Assembly (NCBI RefSeq): GCF_009914755.1
Contig: NC_060928.1
Reading direction: 5' to 3' (one strand)
DNA length: 64,000 nucleotides
From: the human T2T-CHM13v2.0 reference genome, Homo sapiens
This document shows, one piece after another, positions 62,685 to 64,000 of this stretch. How positions within the stretch are numbered: the first letter of the stretch is position 1; each line of letters opens with the position of its first letter. A program made the translations under genes and the position numbers. Below the pieces are notes generated by a model. The model saw only the letters and a program-made list of their open reading frames with translations. It was not told where the DNA came from and did no database searches.

Positions 62685-63035
62685 TAAAAAGAAAATAAAA
62701 CTTATCCATGCTGTGATATGGATGAACGTTAAAAACATGCTCAGTGAAAGAAGCAGACATGAAAGGTCATGTATTGTACAATTCCATTTATATGCAATGT
62801 TCAGACTAAGCAAATCGACAGAGATAGAAAGTAGATGACAGGTTTCCAGGGGCTGCAGGAGGGGTATGGAGAGTGATTGCTGATTGGATATGAGGCTTCC
62901 AATTGAGGTGTTGAAAAAGCTCTGAAACTAGATAGTGGTGATAATTGCACAACAAGATAAATGTACAAAATGTCACTGAATTGTACACTTTCAGATGCAC
63001 AAAATGGTAAATGCTGCATATATTATACCACAATT
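62685..63035 (+). mobile_element. Old L1 (L1MB/ME-like) 3' end
   Basis: atggatgaacgttaaaaacatgctcagtgaaagaagc...gaaactagatagtggtgataattgcacaac. Confidence 0.8.
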
Positions 63036-63039
63036 TTAT

Positions 63040-63340
63040 TCATTTATTTTAGAGATAGAGTCTCACTCCATCACCCAGGCTGCAGTGCAATGGCACAATC
63101 ATAGCTCACTGCTGCCTTTACCGCCTGGGCTCAAGCAATCCTCCCACCTAGTCTTCCAAGTAGCTGGGACTACAGGTGAACGCTACCACACCCAGCTTTT
63201 TAAATTTTTTTTATAGAGTTGCATTAGAGTTGCATTCTCATTATATTGCCCAGACTGGCCCAAACTGCTGGCTTCAAGTGATTCTCTCATCTCAGCCTCC
63301 TAAAGTGCTGGGATAACATGTGTAAGACATCACGCCAGGC
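63040..63340 (-). mobile_element. AluJ-like
   Basis: Diverged reverse Alu dimer. Confidence 0.9.
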
Positions 63341-63506
63341 AATTTTTAATTCTTATGTGAAATTTTCAACTAATAAATTCCTAGGGTTAAAAAAATGTTG
63401 ATCAACATGGGGATTAGAGGAAAAAATAATTTTAAACAAGAGAAAAATTAAATGAGATGATGTATATGTGTACAGTGCCTGGCCTCATTACTGAGTCCAC
63501 TGCAGC

Positions 63507-63806
63507 TTTTTTTTTTTCCCAGACAGGGTCTCACTCTGTCACCCAGGCTGAGTACAGTGGTATAACCACGGCTTACTGCAGCCTCAACGTCCTGGGCACA
63601 AGTGATCCTCCCACCTCAGCCTCTCAAGTATCTGGGACTACAGGTGCACAAAACCACACCTAGCTATTTTTGTTGTTGTATTTTTTGGTAGTGACAGGTT
63701 CTCACCATGTTGCCCAGGCTGGCATCTTGAACTCCTGGGCTCAAGCGATCCTCCTACCTCAGCTTCCCAAAGTGCTGGGATTACAGGTGTGAGCCACCAT
63801 GCCCAT
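63507..63806 (-). mobile_element. AluJ-like
   Basis: Diverged reverse Alu dimer. Confidence 0.9.
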
Positions 63807-63960
63807 CCTGTTGTAGCTATTTTAATAGTGCTGGTGAACAGTAATTTGCTCTCCCTATAAAAACAGGACATACTAAGCCAAGGAAAGCACCAGTCTAGTT
63901 TGTTCTCCCCAGATCTTCAAAATGTTGGAATTAGTATAAAAGTCCAAAATATTTCACATG

Positions 63961-64000
63961 TTCTTTTTTTTTGGAGACGGAGTCTCATTCCATCGTCCAG
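63961..64000 (-). mobile_element. Alu 3' end, cut by the window edge
   Basis: ttttttttggagacggagtctca. Confidence 0.8.

Overview
Primate (very probably human) nuclear DNA made almost entirely of interspersed repeats. I find no intact protein-coding gene, RNA gene or CRISPR array. It holds about 40 Alus, old L1M/L1PB/L2/MIR pieces, MER5/MER20/MER58/MADE1 DNA elements, several MaLR/ERVL/ERV1 LTRs, a full-length THE1A element, and three processed pseudogenes (RPS24, RPS3A, SNRPC). From recalled annotation, that pseudogene trio marks the OR7E/FAM86/ALG1L/ENPP7P segmental-duplication family. The main interest is retroviral. (1) A 5'-truncated HERV-K(HML-2)/LTR5A provirus has most of env replaced by about 250 bp of purine-rich sequence I cannot assign to HML-2, which could splice into a Rec-N/Np9-C chimera. 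(2) A two-LTR HERV-S71/HERV-T provirus shows APOBEC3-type G>A hypermutation plus C>T changes confined to the 5' U3. (3) A 968-bp LTR5_Hs solo LTR sits inside that provirus. There are also templated-insertion scars, three twin-primed L1 inversions and a triple-nested AluJ/AluS/RPS3A insertion. Repeat subfamily names come from recalled consensus sequences, not a database search, and boundaries of old repeats are approximate.
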